Assembly (NCBI GenBank): GCA_903813345.2
Contig: CAIIXF020000001.1
Span: 7,378,001 to 7,442,000 of the forward strand
Source of the DNA: Owenia fusiformis
Lineage: Eukaryota
DNA: 64,000 nucleotides
Direction of reading: 5' to 3'
The notes under the pieces were generated by a model that searched no databases, was not told the DNA's origin, and saw only the letters and a list, made by a program, of their open reading frames with translations. Below are positions 1 through 13,945 of the stretch, one piece after another. The translations under genes and the position numbers were made by a program. Within the stretch, counting starts at the first letter, position 1. Each line of letters opens with the position of its first letter.

Positions 1-1374
1 TTACGGAAAAATGATCACAAAATGATCCATATAAAAAGTTATGCCATATAAAAAGTTTTGTCTGGCGAATGTAAACAAAGGAGGTTACTTTGCTAAGGCT
101 AGCCACGCTATCCACAGGTATACATTATTGTTGTATGTAGAAAGTGAAATCAATTCCAGAGACTGGGCGCTGTTTTATCGCACGCAGAGCTGGTAAGGTC
201 ACCATTTTTACTGATATGATCAGTTATATTCCGTGGTAATGTTAACAAAGCTAGAGTTAACAAAGGTCGTGGTCATTTGATAGGGGTGTATAGGTCAAAC
301 GTCAAATAACTGTGCTCTGGGGAGTTGCTGTATTTCTAGCTTTTGTTTTTTTAAACCTTGAAATGAAATACTGAAATTAACAATAAACATGATGATACTC
401 TTGATTTAATATAAGTAAGAATATGTCCATTTACCAATACCTTTGATTCTGGTATATATAAGCAATGCTGTCAACTAATATCTTATATGATAATTACGAT
501 GAGACAACACATACAACAATACTGCTTCTACATATTAGGTGCGCTTATAGTGCAAATTACGGTAAGATTTTCTTTCAGTGTCTTTTAAATATATTATAAA
601 AGTCTCTTAAATTCAAAGCTTAAAAGATTTAAGTTTAAATGGCAATATTACTTTGGAAGCAGGCTTCCATGAGAACCATTGAAAATTTAGCAAAAATTAT
701 TATTATCTATTCAGTTATGTATTTAGGTACAGTCCTATGTTAATTGGAAACTTTGTTATTAGGTTTTGTAAAATTGTTAAATAGAAAAACCTGTTGAAGT
801 AATCAGGTACAAAAAAAGTATATAATCTAATTAATTTAAATTAATTTAATCTTACACTTACACTCTGTAACAAAATTTCTAGCTTTTGAACATTCATCAT
901 CTATTTTTGTTTTATTGTACAATTGGATTTTATATTCCACTGTGTACTGCTGTATAATAAATTATAAGATAGGTTTCACACAATGAATTTTTAGCTCAAC
1001 TTATCTAAAACCTGTAACCAAAGCAAAACTTATGTGCATGACATCTCTCCTTTATGTGCAGTCAGTCTAAGTGAAACTCCACCACAACAAATACGATAAA
1101 GGGGTTTTGTATGGTGGTCCAATGGTACTTAACAGAAATCATATGTACATTATGTAAACTCTCGGTACTTAGGCAATCAAATATGGACTGCAGTTAATTT
1201 TTTGTACTTGTAGGAGTACTTTGCCAATATTTAGGAAATATCTAGCTTTAACTTAATTTAAATATCATTTAGATCAGATTTCAGAAATTATAATTCCATT
1301 GATATGAAAAATTTATAATCCTTATTATGCAATCAACAAGGTATCTACATGTAAGTCTATAGACAGGGTGCAAT

Positions 1375-2407
1375 GGTAACCGGACAACTCATCCCCTAGA
1401 CAACTCATCCCTGGACAACTCATCCCCTAGACAACTCATCCCCTGGACAACTCATCCCCTAGACAACTCATCCCCTGGACAACTCATCCCCTAGACAACT
1501 CATCCCCTGGACAACTCATCCCATGGACAACTCATCCTTTGGCATGTTTGAGTAATTCAATGTAATATTATTAATTCGTATATTATACAAATGATTAACA
1601 AGATCCTCCATTTAATCACTTTTGTCACGTAAACAGAACTTCAAAAATGGTTAAGATCTGCACTTCTAACTCTTTCCATTTACATAACGATAGTAAGGTA
1701 TTAAAGCGATGATTCTGTTGTCCTCTGACTGACAAGTGAACAAAGACTTTCTTGAGGGGAAATCTGGAAAATTGTTTAAAAAACTATGATATACCATGGT
1801 ACTACAATGGTATTGTCAAGGAGATTATCAACCTATTAATCTGTAATTTGTTTTGTAAATATTTACCTTTGATTTTACTTTTAATATACAATTTCAATAT
1901 TATGTTAACATTGATTGAAGAAGCTCCTTTGATGTCATTATATGTGTGTTGTTCATATTAGTTCAAATATTCTTTAATCCAAAGATAATAATTCACAGAT
2001 GAAGTTACTGAAGTTCATGTTTCAAAATTATGCAGAGAGAAAACTTTATTTTTTGTCATGAAATATTAAGCCAGTTGTAATATAAGGACAAAATATGAGT
2101 TTTAATGGCACCGTTTGACCATTTTATTTGTATCAATAAAGTGAAAAATAATATTTAGAATGATTCAAGGTGTATTTAATAAATATTTATTTTCCCAAAA
2201 ACTTAACAATTTGGCTTCATGTGATAAAGGATGAGTTGTCTAGGGCATGAGTTGTCTTGGGGATGAGTTGTCCAGGGGATGAGTTGTCTAGGGGATGAGA
2301 TGTCCAGGGGATGAGTTGTCTAGGGGATGAGATGTCCCTGGGATGAGTTGTCCAGGGGATGAGTTGTCCAGGGATGAGTTGTCTAGGGGATGAGTTGTCC
2401 GTAAGCC
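1375..2407. mobile_element. Non-autonomous TIR DNA transposon (Merlin-like) whose arms are arrays of a ~17-bp repeat
   Basis: (GACAACTCATCCCCTR)n at 1381-1540 and its reverse complement at 2228-2400; GG termini; 8-bp TSD GGTGCAAT at 1367-1374 and 2408-2415. Confidence 0.75.
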
Positions 2408-3544
2408 GGTGCAATCAGAGTGGCAGTTTATTTAAGAGTTGTTTTGATTAATGATCATTATAGTTTGTGTAGATTCATGGAAAAAATAGTATACATAATG
2501 TTGTGGTCATTCATTTTATGTTTTTGGTTTTGGTTTCTATATTGTACCTTTATCTCATATTGATATAATATATCATTTTAATAAATCAAGGTATTGCATA
2601 TGATATACTGTACTGGCATAACCAGGACTTTTGAAGTGGGTTCTTCTTTTTGAAAATTTTTGAGCATATTTTTGTGAGCATGCGTAATGTGCACTTCTCG
2701 TTGCTTCAAATATATCATTCTTTGATTTCACCTGTAAAAGTGAATGAAATTCCATAAAATAGCTTAGTTTGTTCTAAAATCTATTCAACCTATATTCAAA
2801 TATAACTGAAAATTATAAGGGATTCATGCATCATTACTTGACCGGGGGTTTGCACGAACCCCTTGAACCCCTGATAGCTACAGGCGTAGGCCAGTGCCAG
2901 CAAAGATATGCTATCTTTTGTCCAGGGTACATGTACTTACTAACTAACTACATACTAACTGACCATTTGATATTGATTCATTAATAATATTCTGAAAATG
3001 TGATTTACTCTTCAATTGGCCAACTCAACAGATTGTTGATTATATTTCTTCAAGACTTAAAAACGATGTCAAAAATACCTCAATGGAAAGAAATATTAAA
3101 AATGTTGAACATTTAGGAATAATTTGTTCATGCAAGTTGCACTGAGAACTTTGCCTTCATTTAAACCCTAAGCCAAAATTAAACATTCACCATACTGATA
3201 TTTTTACATTTTTGTCATGCAATATTTTTCAGCGATTGAATATAGTATTTTACAACAGTTGATTTGTATTATTTTTATTTAGTGTATAGTAGTCTAATTT
3301 TAGCTTATTTTACAATATATTATAATACAAGACACAAAAATGAGACAAAACTATGTTTCAATATCAAGCCCATGGTTACAAGTGACATACATTATGATGC
3401 ACCATTTGAACAAATAATTCAGAAAACTAGTTCAAGTCGGATTTTAATAAAATTTGCGCTTATTGTAAAAAATTTAAGATGCCATGCATTACAGATTGTC
3501 CCAATGTCCTTTTTTGGTGTATGGGGTATTGTTAACTGTGTCTT

Positions 3545-3665
3545 GAGATAATTGGCTTTGCCGTGGGATAATTAGTTAAACCGGGAGATAATCAGCTGAA
3601 CCGGGGGATAATAGGCTGAACCCGGGGATAATTGGCTGAACTGGGGGATAATTGCCTCAACCAGG
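3545..3665. repeat. Short ~20-bp minisatellite
   Basis: About 6 degenerate copies of GGGATAATTGGCTGAACC. Confidence 0.7.
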
Positions 3666-4844
3666 TTTAATATCATGTATGAAAGTTACAAATTTAAAGC
3701 AAATTCAATAAAAGTTTATAAATGGAAACATTGAACCATAAATAACCAAACTGGACTTCTTTACATTAAACCTACATGTACCTTTCTATCAAAGGTACAA
3801 GAGCCTTGCGAAAATATTTTACATAAAAAACCTGAGTAGGTTAACAGATATATAATAATAATTACAATATTGAGATACATTTTCCATCTTCATCAAAATT
3901 ATCAGCAAAGAAATATATTTTAGGTGACAATTTTAGCTTGACAATTTATCATTTATTCATACATACGCTTATTCATTGTTCTAGAATAACTAATTTCAAA
4001 AAGTTTATTTGCAAACTAAATGTAATGTCTCATGTAATGGTACATATACTTATATATATATGTCTCAAACTTAATGCTAAAAGAGCAGAATTTCATGAAC
4101 AAGGAACTGACAAGTTCATATAATTTGAAGATGGTTCCATAAAATCTTGGGGTAGGAGAAATCTTAGTTGGTATATGTTATGATAATAATTATATATAAT
4201 ATAATTCATAGTGAGATCAATAGTGCAAAAATAGTTCATTCATGGAACGAAGCGTGAAACTTTCCACATATCATCAGGATACCATTCCCTTTGATTTAAG
4301 AGCCAGAGCCATTTTTGTAGTTCACTAGAATGACCGAAAAATTGCAAATACCCCCTCCCATCAAATCCTGGGGGGAGGGGGAGGGAAGAATTATTTTTTT
4401 GTTGATTTTTTTTTCAATATGATCTATATTCATTTTTAGTATGTTATTTTCAGTGTTGAAAAACAATTTTCAAGATTGCATCAGTATTTCTCATTGATTT
4501 TCATTGTTAAAGCCTGACCAAGGGCGACGCCCACTTTATCAACATGTTAAATATACAAGTTAATGAGTCTTCTATTATGAATAGGAAAATTACCTAATAT
4601 GGCTGAATAAAATTGACAAGATTAAGTCAGTTATTTATGTTAAGATGATAGATGCTGTAAGTCAATTTCACTATTAAAGGCTTGTGAAAGGCCACACCCC
4701 TTTGAGATATAAAGATATAATAATATATAATTCACATTAATGATACATAATTTTTAATGAGAGCACTTTGACTAATTGATACAAGTTACCTCATTAAGTA
4801 TCTTAACTGCAGTTCAAATATCCTATTTTGTGCATTTAAGCACT

Positions 4845-6800
4845 TCAACACTCTATTATCATTATCACTGACTTAGGTGCCATGTCCATTACAATCCCTG
4901 TCACACAAATACAGGGCAGTACATGCATAATATTGGCTTTAAAGCACTTGCATCTTTTTGTTGAGCACTGTTGTTTGCAGCTACATTTTACTAGCATTTG
5001 GCATGCATCTGAAGCTTGGGGCAATGTTTTCCATACTGACACATAAATCATTTTTCCAGCCTTTGTGGTAATGGATTCCCAACTCAATTGTGAGAGTGAA
5101 GCGAGGACTGACATTGGTATAATTGTCTGGATCGAACTTATGCAACTTATGGTGGGATGTTCTCAATTTGAGCTGTTTTCTTTGTGAACATTTCTTGTCT
5201 TGCAGCATTTACAGTTGTTTCATTGTTGTCTCTATTGTATAAAATCACAACAAAACGTTCAATGATTGGCATAACTTTGGCTTACTTATTGGGATCTTCA
5301 GCCAAAGTTTTAAGTGCATTTGTCAACTCGGATAAGTAATCCAATGTTTCTACGCTGTTGTTTTTAATTTACCATGGAATCCGGATATAGTGTCTGAACC
5401 TGTGGGGGCATGAAATAAGGGGAGACTCATAGTCCTACCATGTCAAAGAGCAGCTGCCATTTCATTTGAGATATCTTTTTTACTTTTCCCAAAGCTATCC
5501 ATTTTTGAACTTTGAGTTCTGATGATATACTGACTGTGAGACAGACAATATCAGTCTACTGTTCTAATCATCAATGTGTTCTGCCCAGACTTTACTGCAC
5601 GGTGGATGTGCTTATTCATGTGTTGATGGGGAAATGTCTTGAATGGGGATCGGGGGATATGATAATACATCTTACAATACATTGTTTACATCATCTCTAA
5701 TGAATTCCAATTTGATGGTAACATTGCATCTACCTTTTGGAACTGAATTAGTTGTTTTTATTGTTCCATTTTGAGATAAAGAGGGTGGGAAGGATTGGTT
5801 TTCATGTTTGAAAAACTCCTCAAGATGACTGTCTCTATTCTGACATGCAATGAACAGTCTTCAGAAGAGAGCAAAATCATTTTTTTTCAATGCTGTTTTC
5901 TTGGTAACATTCACTTTTGTTTTCTGTTCCTTAATTATTAGAAAATTGTTTCTTTTTATATACATGTAGATAGTGTCTGTTATTTGTTTAGATTTGTCAT
6001 CCAGTTTTTCTTTAGTGTACAATTTGTACTGATCCTGGCCACTTTGCTCCATTTCCCAAAGATGACCCAGGTTCACAAGCAGAATGTTGTTTTATGATTA
6101 TTCTCTACAAGTTTGGATCGATTAACTTAAATAGTGTTACCTTCATTTAGAAATAATGATGTTGAACTGATGTTAAACTGAAATACACGTCATCTCCACA
6201 ATTTCACATTTTACTTTGCTCATGTGCTGCCCTGAAAGACCTCATGCTCATGATTGTGCACGTAATCATGTCCTGCAATTTGATTTTACATTGTATACTG
6301 ATGGGCGTGATTTAAATAAATTATGTTCATGAGTACGAAAGAATATGATAGTATTATGGGAACTACTCACTTCTTCTGGACTGATATTGAGGATACAATA
6401 TCTTTGTTGTCTAATGAGTACAAGTCATTTGAAGTCTCCAGAAAGGATTTCCCATCTATTCTATGGTTTCTGATAATAGTTTCACATTATCTTTGAATCT
6501 TTGTTGTATGCTTATACTTTGTTCATGATTAGATAGGTCTTCATCTTGATCATTATTTATATTGTTCTCAAATTCATGATCAGTCTGACAACCATCCAAT
6601 AGAGTTGTCTGGTTGTCAAAGAGCCCCACTGCTCCACCGTTTGATTTATCTAGACTGATATTCTGCTTGTGAACCTGGTCAGTAGCACTAGCAATGGCTG
6701 AAAAGCTCCATCTTGGTAACAGTGAAGTGGCCTTTTGTGAAGGCTTCGTAGACTTCTGGATGTATTTGTTATAGTTTTAGCATATTCCTTATTTGAACTG
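4845..6800 (-). pseudogene. Decayed Academ transposase
   Basis: Fragments ATDQVHKQN (~6660-6690), LFHAPTGSDTISGF (XPG GxDT, ~5380-5420) and WKTLPQASDACQMLVKCSCKQQCSTKRCKC (Cys cluster); many stops and frameshifts. Confidence 0.75.
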
Positions 6801-7474
6801 CTACTCAGCAAGCATATTAACAAGGTCAAAAAATGAAAAACCAGGTGATAAGCTTGCTAATTGACTGGAGATAAAGAAGGAAATTGCCCTCTCTGATAGC
6901 TCACACTTAGTTAAGGCACAGTATTTCGATTCAAATAATCGGAAACCAAAACTTAAAGACTGGTACATTCTGTTGGTCAGCACACCATTCATCAAACTCT
7001 TTATCACTTCATCATCTAGATTCTGGACAGCTGTATATGTAGTATAGGCTCTCTTGAGAATTTAGAGACAGCAGGCTGTGACTGTGGCGGCCCTTCAGGT
7101 TTTGGTTCAAACCCATAAAAGAGGTTTAATAGCCTAAATGTTCAGCATATGAAAAGTGGGCGTCGCCCATGACTAGTCTTTAACAACTATGAAAATCAAA
7201 GAGAAACCATCTGGAAATAAAGAGGAAAATTCTCCTGTCCTATAGCCCTCACATAGTCTAGGCACAGTATTTCAATTTAAATAATCAGAAACCAAAGCCT
7301 GAAGACTGGTACATTCTGTTGGTCAGCACACCATTCATGAAACTGTTTAAGCACTTGGTCAGCACACCATTCATCAAACTGTTTAAGCACGTCATCATCT
7401 AGATTCTGGACAGTTGTATCTGTAGCATAGGTTTTCTTCAGGAGAATATAGAGACTCGACATACATGTACATAG

Positions 7475-7957
7475 CAGGGCTGTCAACTTGGGACCACCTA
7501 ATATGAGTGACTTCAAAATGTTGGACACCTAAGTCCAAATCTGAACACTTTTGTCCAAATTTTGAACACCTTTGGCCAACTTTTAAACACCTTTGGCCAA
7601 AGTTTGAGCACCTTTGCCAAACTTTGATCACCTCAAATTTTTCGCGCTCGCTAAGCTCGCCATGTCGTCAACGGGGGGGGGGTAGGTACGAAAATTTCCT
7701 ATGAACATGCGTGACATATACGGGATTCGCGTGACAAATCCGAACACATTGCGTTCGGTTTTTTCCGACGTTCGTATTTTTACCGTATCGTAAACATTTT
7801 TCGAAAAATTTCTACAGAAATATTTTTGCTTGACAATTACCAGGTAAATTGCGTATTTGCGTGACATTTTCTGTCACGCAAAAAAAACTGGCGTGACTTC
7901 AAATTCTTCAGCAAATGCGTGACAAATATGCAAATTGCGGGACAGTTGACAGGCCTG
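7475..7957. mobile_element. hAT-like MITE with 6-bp TSD nested in Academ 1
   Basis: TIR CAGG(G/C)CTGTCAACT at both ends; ACATAG duplicated at 7469-7474 and 7958-7963. Confidence 0.75.
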
Positions 7958-8638
7958 ACATAGAATAGTGGATACATGTTGTAGATCTGGGACATTTGTT
8001 GCTCGCTTTCTTCTTTCTTCTAAACAGGGGTGTGATATGTTATGAGCCTTTAAGAAGTCAAATTCTAAGATTAATTATAGCACCTAACATCAAAATGGTA
8101 TCTGGTCTTATCCAGAAGGCTGAATTACATTCATTTATTCAACGCATGATAGAGATTTAATAACCTAAATGTTCAAATTATGAAAAGTGGGCGTCGCCCA
8201 TGATTAGTCTTTAACAATGATGAAAATCGATGATAAATCATCTTGTTATGTTTGCAAAATTTCTTTACCATGAAAATAGCACACTAAAACTGTGGTATGA
8301 CCATATTCAAAGAAATTTTTTTATGAAAAAAATATTCCTATATCTCCCCACCCCCACGGGATTTGGTGGGAGGGGGTACTTACTATTTTTTTATCATTCT
8401 AGTGGACCACAAAAATGGCTCTGGCTCTTAAATCAAAGGGAAAGGTATTCTGATGATATGTGGAAAGTTTCATGCTTCGTTCCATGAACAAACTATTTGC
8501 CTGTTTTCTTGCACTATTGATCTCGCTATCAATGATTATATGATTTAGAATTTAATCTTGACATTTACCTTACAATTATGTTTCAGCATACGTTTTATTG
8601 TTGACTGTTGCTTTGTCATTTTCTAGCAACATGGAAAA

Positions 8639-10347
8639 TAGTACCGTGGGTACTGGGCTCACATGGTGTTGCTCAAAAGTGAATGATGGCTAAAATAAAA
8701 TGAAAGAAAAGAAAAAAAAAATGGATATAATTTTTTTCTGATTTTTTGTAATAAAATTATTTCCAGCCACTTGCCACTATTTTGGACTGACTGAGAGACA
8801 GATGGACAAATAGATGTTAAGTAAAATGGCAGAAAAAAATGGATATAATTTTTGGCCAATTATTTGTAACAAAATGATTTCATACAACTACTCTTTACAG
8901 TGACATGGCTTTTTGCAATGCAGGACACCTGAAATAATTTGTAAAGCTAGGAAATGGGCCAAAAGTGAATTTCGCGAGACAAGAATGGTGACCATTTTGA
9001 AAATAGATGAGCTTTTGAACCAAGAGTCATAGGAGAGTTTTTTGTATTGATGTAGAACAAAATTAACTTAAAACGGGAATCCTACCGACAGAGGTTTTAA
9101 GGCAAATGGTCCAAAAGTGGATTTCGCGAGACAGATGGACAAATCAATGTTAACTAAAAAGGCTGAAAATAAAAAAAATGGATATAATATTTTGCTGATT
9201 TTTAAAAAATGGATATAATTTTTTGCTGATTTTTTGTAACAAAATTATTTCAAGCCACTTGCCGCTATTTTGGACTAACTGAGAGAAATCGATGTTAAGT
9301 AAAATGGCTGAAAAAATGGATATAATTTTTTGCCAATTATTTGTAACAAAATTATTTCATACAACTACTCTTTACAGTGACATGGCTTTTTGCAATGCAG
9401 GACACCTGAAATAATTTGTAAAGCTAGGAAATGGGCCAAAAGTGAATTTCGCGAGACAAGAATGGTGACCATTTTGAAAATAGATGAGCTTTTGAACCAA
9501 GAGTCATAGGAGAGTTTTTTGTATTGATGTTGAACAAAATTAATTTAAAACAAGAATCCTATCGACAGACGTTTTAAGGCAAATGGTCCAAAAGTGGATT
9601 TCGCGAGACAGATTGACAAATCAATGTTAACTAAAATGGCTGAAAATAAAAAAAAATGGATATAATATTTTGCTGATTTTTTGTAACAAAATTATTTCAT
9701 ATATCTACTCTTTACATTGACAAGGATTTTTACAATGTAGGACACCTGAAATTAGCTAGAAAATGGGTCAAAAGTGAATTTCGCGAGACAAAATTGGCGG
9801 CCATTTTGAAAATAGGTGAGCTTTTGAACCAGGAGTCATAAGGGAGTTTTCTGTATTGATATTGAACAGAAATAACTTAAAACAGGAATCCTATCGACAG
9901 AGAGGTTTTAAAATGTGCCACTGTTGTTGACGGAAAAGTGGATTTCGTGAGTCAGATGGACAAATCAATGTTAACTAAAATGGCTGAAAATAAAAAAAAT
10001 GGATATAATTTTTTGCAACAAAATTATTCCATATATCTACTCTTTACATTGCCATGGATTTTTACAATGTAGGATACCTGAAATCATTTGTAAAGCTAGG
10101 AAATAGGTCAAAAGTGAATTTCGCGAGACAAAAATGGTGGCCATTTTGAAAATAGGCGAGCTTTTGAACCAGGAGTCATAGGGGAGTTTTCTGTATTTAT
10201 GTTGAACAGAAATAACTTAAAACAGAAATCCTATCGACAGAGGTTTTAAAACGTGCCACTATTGTTGACAGAGGGCGGACGCACGCACAGACAGATAGAC
10301 AGACAGACAAGTGAGTGATTGCAAAAGCTCACCATGTGAGCTAAAAA
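8639..10347 (-). mobile_element. Helentron-associated non-autonomous element (HINE) family A, copy 1, with ~330-bp array
   Basis: Hairpin AGTACCGTGGGTACT plus subTIR GCTCACATGG at one end; (GACA)n microsatellite and inverted subTIR CCATGTGAGCTAAAAA at the other; internal tandem units. Confidence 0.75.
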
Positions 10348-11549
10348 GGTTAATACTTCTAACTACAAGAACACAAATGTGTACAAAATGTCCCCACCTA
10401 TGGGTGATCCCGTCAAATGGTTATCCTAAAAATGAATAGACAAGACTTTACCGACACAATTTGAGGATGGAAAATCCAAAATGGCCACCTTAAAATTTAC
10501 CCAGAATGCCAAAAAATTAGTCAGTTCTAGATTTTCATACTAAGAACCACCCCTGAAAATTTGAAATTGATCCGTCACACAGTTAACCAGAAAACATGTA
10601 AAAAAGACTTTACAGACAAGATTTCAGGATGGAAAATCCAAAATAGCTGCCTTGACATTTATCCAGAATGCCAAAAAACTAATCTGTTCTAGATTTTCAT
10701 ACGAAGAATCATCCGTGAAAATTTGAAATTGATCTACCAAACGGTTCACCTGGAAATGCATAGACAAGACTACAGACAAGATTTTAGGAAAGAAAATCCA
10801 AAATGGCTGCCTTGACATTTATCCAGAATGCCAAAAAACCAATCAGATCTAGATTTTCATACTAAGAATCATCCCTGAAAATTTGAAATTGATCTACCAA
10901 ACGGTTCACCTGGAAATGCGTAGACAAGACTTTACAAACAAGATTTTAGGACAGAAAATCCAAAATGGCTGCCTTGACATTTACCCAGAATGCCAAAAAA
11001 CTAATCAGATCTAGATTTTCATACTAAGAATCATCCCTGAAAATTTGAAATTGATCTACAAACGGTTCACCTAAAAACGCGTAGACAAGACTTTACGGGC
11101 AAGATTTTAAGACGGAAAATCCAAAATGGCTGCCTTGACATTTATCCAGAATGCCAAAAAACTTATCAGATCTAGATTTTTATACTAAGAATCATCCCTG
11201 AAAATTAGAAATTGATCTACCAAACGGTTCACCTGGAAATGCGTAGACAATACTCTACAGACAAGATTTTAGGATGGAAAATCTGAAATGGCTGCCTTGA
11301 CATTTACCCAGAAAGCCTAAAAACTAATCAGATATAGATTTTCATACTAAGAATCATCCCTGGAAATTTGAAATTGATCTACCAAACGGTTCACCTAGAA
11401 ATGTGTAGACAAGACATTACAGACAAGATTTTAGGACGGAAAATCCAAAATAGCTGCCTTGACATTTACCCAGAATGCCCAAAAACTAATCAGATCTAGA
11501 TTTTCATACTAAGAATCATCCCTGAAAATTTGAAATTGATCTACGAAAC

Positions 11550-13945
11550 CATGACCAAAATCTAATCAAATCTATTGATAATATGACCAAGAATGATAAG
11601 AATTACTGGAAAATTATTAGATCTTTCCTTGGAAACAATTTTAAGAAATCAGAAATAGCATGCATTATAGATGACAGAACTGGTATCCCAATTAATAAAA
11701 ACCTGGACATAGCCAATTCTTTTATGAAATATTTTTCTGGTAAAAATCACATGGAGATCAACAACAACGACACACTACCAAACTTTCCATCGAGAACAAA
11801 TTCCTTCATTATATCTGCAATTACCAACCAACATGAGATAATGAAACTTATACTTAACCTAGATACTTCAAAAACATGCGGTCCTGATAACATAACCAAT
11901 AAAATGTTAAACTTAACAGCCCATACACTTTCAAAACCACTCTCTAAATTATTCAATAAGCTTTTGACAAAAAATATTTTCCCGGAAACATGGAAAATTG
12001 GTAGTGTCTGTCCAATTTTTAAAAAAGATGACAAGACAAATATAAAAAAAAATTATAGACCAATTATGCTCCTAAATACCCTATCAAAGCTCTTTGAAAA
12101 AGTTCTTGCTGATCGAATTAAAAAACATCTTATACAAAATGATTTACTTTTTAAACATCAATCTGGTTTCCTGCCTGGCCACAGTACACACTCTCAACTT
12201 TTAGCTATTGAGCACTACCTGCAATGCACTTTCGAGGAAGGCAAAGCCTCTAAATCAATATTCCTTGATATTTCGGCCGCTTTTGATTGCGTACCACATA
12301 ATCTTCTATTGCTTAAACTTAAATCTTACGGTATCCAAGGCCAACTGCTCAATGTACTCAAATCCTATCTGAATGACAGAAAATTCTTTGTTAATGTAGG
12401 TGGCGAATCTTCAAAACTTTCTGATACTAATTTTATTAACTGTGGCGTCCCACAGGGGTCTATTCTAGGGCCTATTCTATTTATCTTGTACATTAATGAT
12501 ATTCCTGACAACCTGGGTGGCCAGTGCTACATCTATGCTGATGATACCTCTTTACATTTTAAACTTGATCCAAAAGACCCCACTAATGTTGATGATTCTG
12601 TTAAGTCAAGCCTAGAAAGCATTGAACAATGGTCAACTACTTGGAAACTACAGTTTAAACCAGAAAAAAGTCATGAACTGATATTTCATAAACCTAGAAC
12701 ACGTATTAATGATATCAGTCCATCTAATCTTAATAATATGGAAATAGTTAGAGCTGATTCCCATAAACACCTTGGTTTCACGTTTGATCCCTGCTTAACA
12801 CACAAGCACCATATAAGTAACATCTATGATAACGTAACAAAAATGTTGAATCCATTTAAAAAACTCAAAAACAAAATAGGATCTAGTCATTTGGAGACAA
12901 TCTTCAACTCCTTCATATTGCCCCATTTTGATTATGGTACCATCATTTACAATAGTTCTTCCAAATATCTACTTCAAAGGCTCGATAGATTATATTATAA
13001 AGCTGCTATCTACTGCTCAGGTTGTATTCACGGGAGCAGCACAGATAAAGTACTAACGCTACTTCAATGGCCATCTCTTGACACTAGAAGAAAAATGTTT
13101 ATAAACAACTTTATGTACAAAATAGTCCATGGTCCTAACCCTAAATTTCTTGATGACATATTTGATAAGTTCAAAAAACCAGAAACTCGAAACTTGCGTA
13201 ACACTGATGAGTTCATTATACCAAAATGCTCTGAACGGTACAGAAATTCAGCGGTACCCTCTGCAATCTCCAACTGGTTAGCCCTGCCAAATACATTAAA
13301 GAGTAAAGCTACTATCCAGAATTTCAAGAAACATCAAAAACTGCTTTTCAAAAATCCAATAAATGTCATCACAACCAGCAAACTGAACCTCACAAGGAGC
13401 CATGAGATAATAGTAAATAAATTCAGGGCCGACTTTTTATTTAAGGCCCAACTATATGCTCATAACTTTAGCAATATTGACAACCCAAACTGTTCATGTG
13501 GACATCCACAAACAGTTAAACACTTCTTTTTCCACTGTGCTCATTTGACACATGCCAGGGATGAATTTAATCAATACCTGAAAAACCTGATCCCTGAAAT
13601 TTTTGACAGGCAAATCTCTCAGCATAAATATCTTGAAGTTCTGAAATATGGCTCAACTGAAATCTCTATCGAACTTAATTCGAAAATGATGACCAGGCTA
13701 GCTTCCTTTATAAAAGCCAATATATGATTTTCCCTCCTTAAACATCTTTTATCTCCATTAACTGTTTCCCACGCCAAGCACCCCCCCCACAACCCCAAAA
13801 CTACTGTTAACATTGCTCCTTATATTATATTTCATTAAGTTCCATCAATTCTTCTATAATGCCATGCATGTATTTGGCGATTGAAGATTTTGTAAATGTT
13901 ATGTAATGAATGAGGATAATTAATAAATAAATAAAAAAAAAAAAA
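11550..13945 (+). mobile_element. 5'-truncated non-LTR retrotransposon (CR1/L2 group)
   Basis: RT ORF, (AATA)n plus poly-A tail, and 11-bp TSD ATCTACGAAAC at 11539-11549 and 13946-13956. Confidence 0.92.
11583..13727 (+). CDS. LINE ORF2 reverse transcriptase (endonuclease lost by 5' truncation)
   Basis: 714-aa uninterrupted ORF with NYRPI, QSGF, FLDISAAFD, GVPQGSILGP, YADD, HLG and a C-terminal CSCG..H...C knuckle. Confidence 0.92.
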   Translation: MTKNDKNYWKIIRSFLGNNFKKSEIACIIDDRTGIPINKNLDIANSFMKYFSGKNHMEINNNDTLPNFPSRTNSFIISAITNQHEIMKLILNLDTSKTCGPDNITNKMLNLTAHTLSKPLSKLFNKLLTKNIFPETWKIGSVCPIFKKDDKTNIKKNYRPIMLLNTLSKLFEKVLADRIKKHLIQNDLLFKHQSGFLPGHSTHSQLLAIEHYLQCTFEEGKASKSIFLDISAAFDCVPHNLLLLKLKSYGIQGQLLNVLKSYLNDRKFFVNVGGESSKLSDTNFINCGVPQGSILGPILFILYINDIPDNLGGQCYIYADDTSLHFKLDPKDPTNVDDSVKSSLESIEQWSTTWKLQFKPEKSHELIFHKPRTRINDISPSNLNNMEIVRADSHKHLGFTFDPCLTHKHHISNIYDNVTKMLNPFKKLKNKIGSSHLETIFNSFILPHFDYGTIIYNSSSKYLLQRLDRLYYKAAIYCSGCIHGSSTDKVLTLLQWPSLDTRRKMFINNFMYKIVHGPNPKFLDDIFDKFKKPETRNLRNTDEFIIPKCSERYRNSAVPSAISNWLALPNTLKSKATIQNFKKHQKLLFKNPINVITTSKLNLTRSHEIIVNKFRADFLFKAQLYAHNFSNIDNPNCSCGHPQTVKHFFFHCAHLTHARDEFNQYLKNLIPEIFDRQISQHKYLEVLKYGSTEISIELNSKMMTRLASFIKANI

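Larger units (their letters stand above)
4209..8528 (-). mobile_element. Academ DNA transposon 1 (degenerate)
   Basis: Long TIRs starting TAG(T/C)GAGATCAATAGTGCAA; 3-bp TSD TCA (4206-4208, 8529-8531); internal decayed transposase with XPG-like and Cys-rich motifs. Confidence 0.85.

Noticed and set aside
4258-4280. Minus-strand CTGATGA...GAAA hammerhead-like string in the Academ TIR
   Set aside because: No stem II can form between the core boxes.
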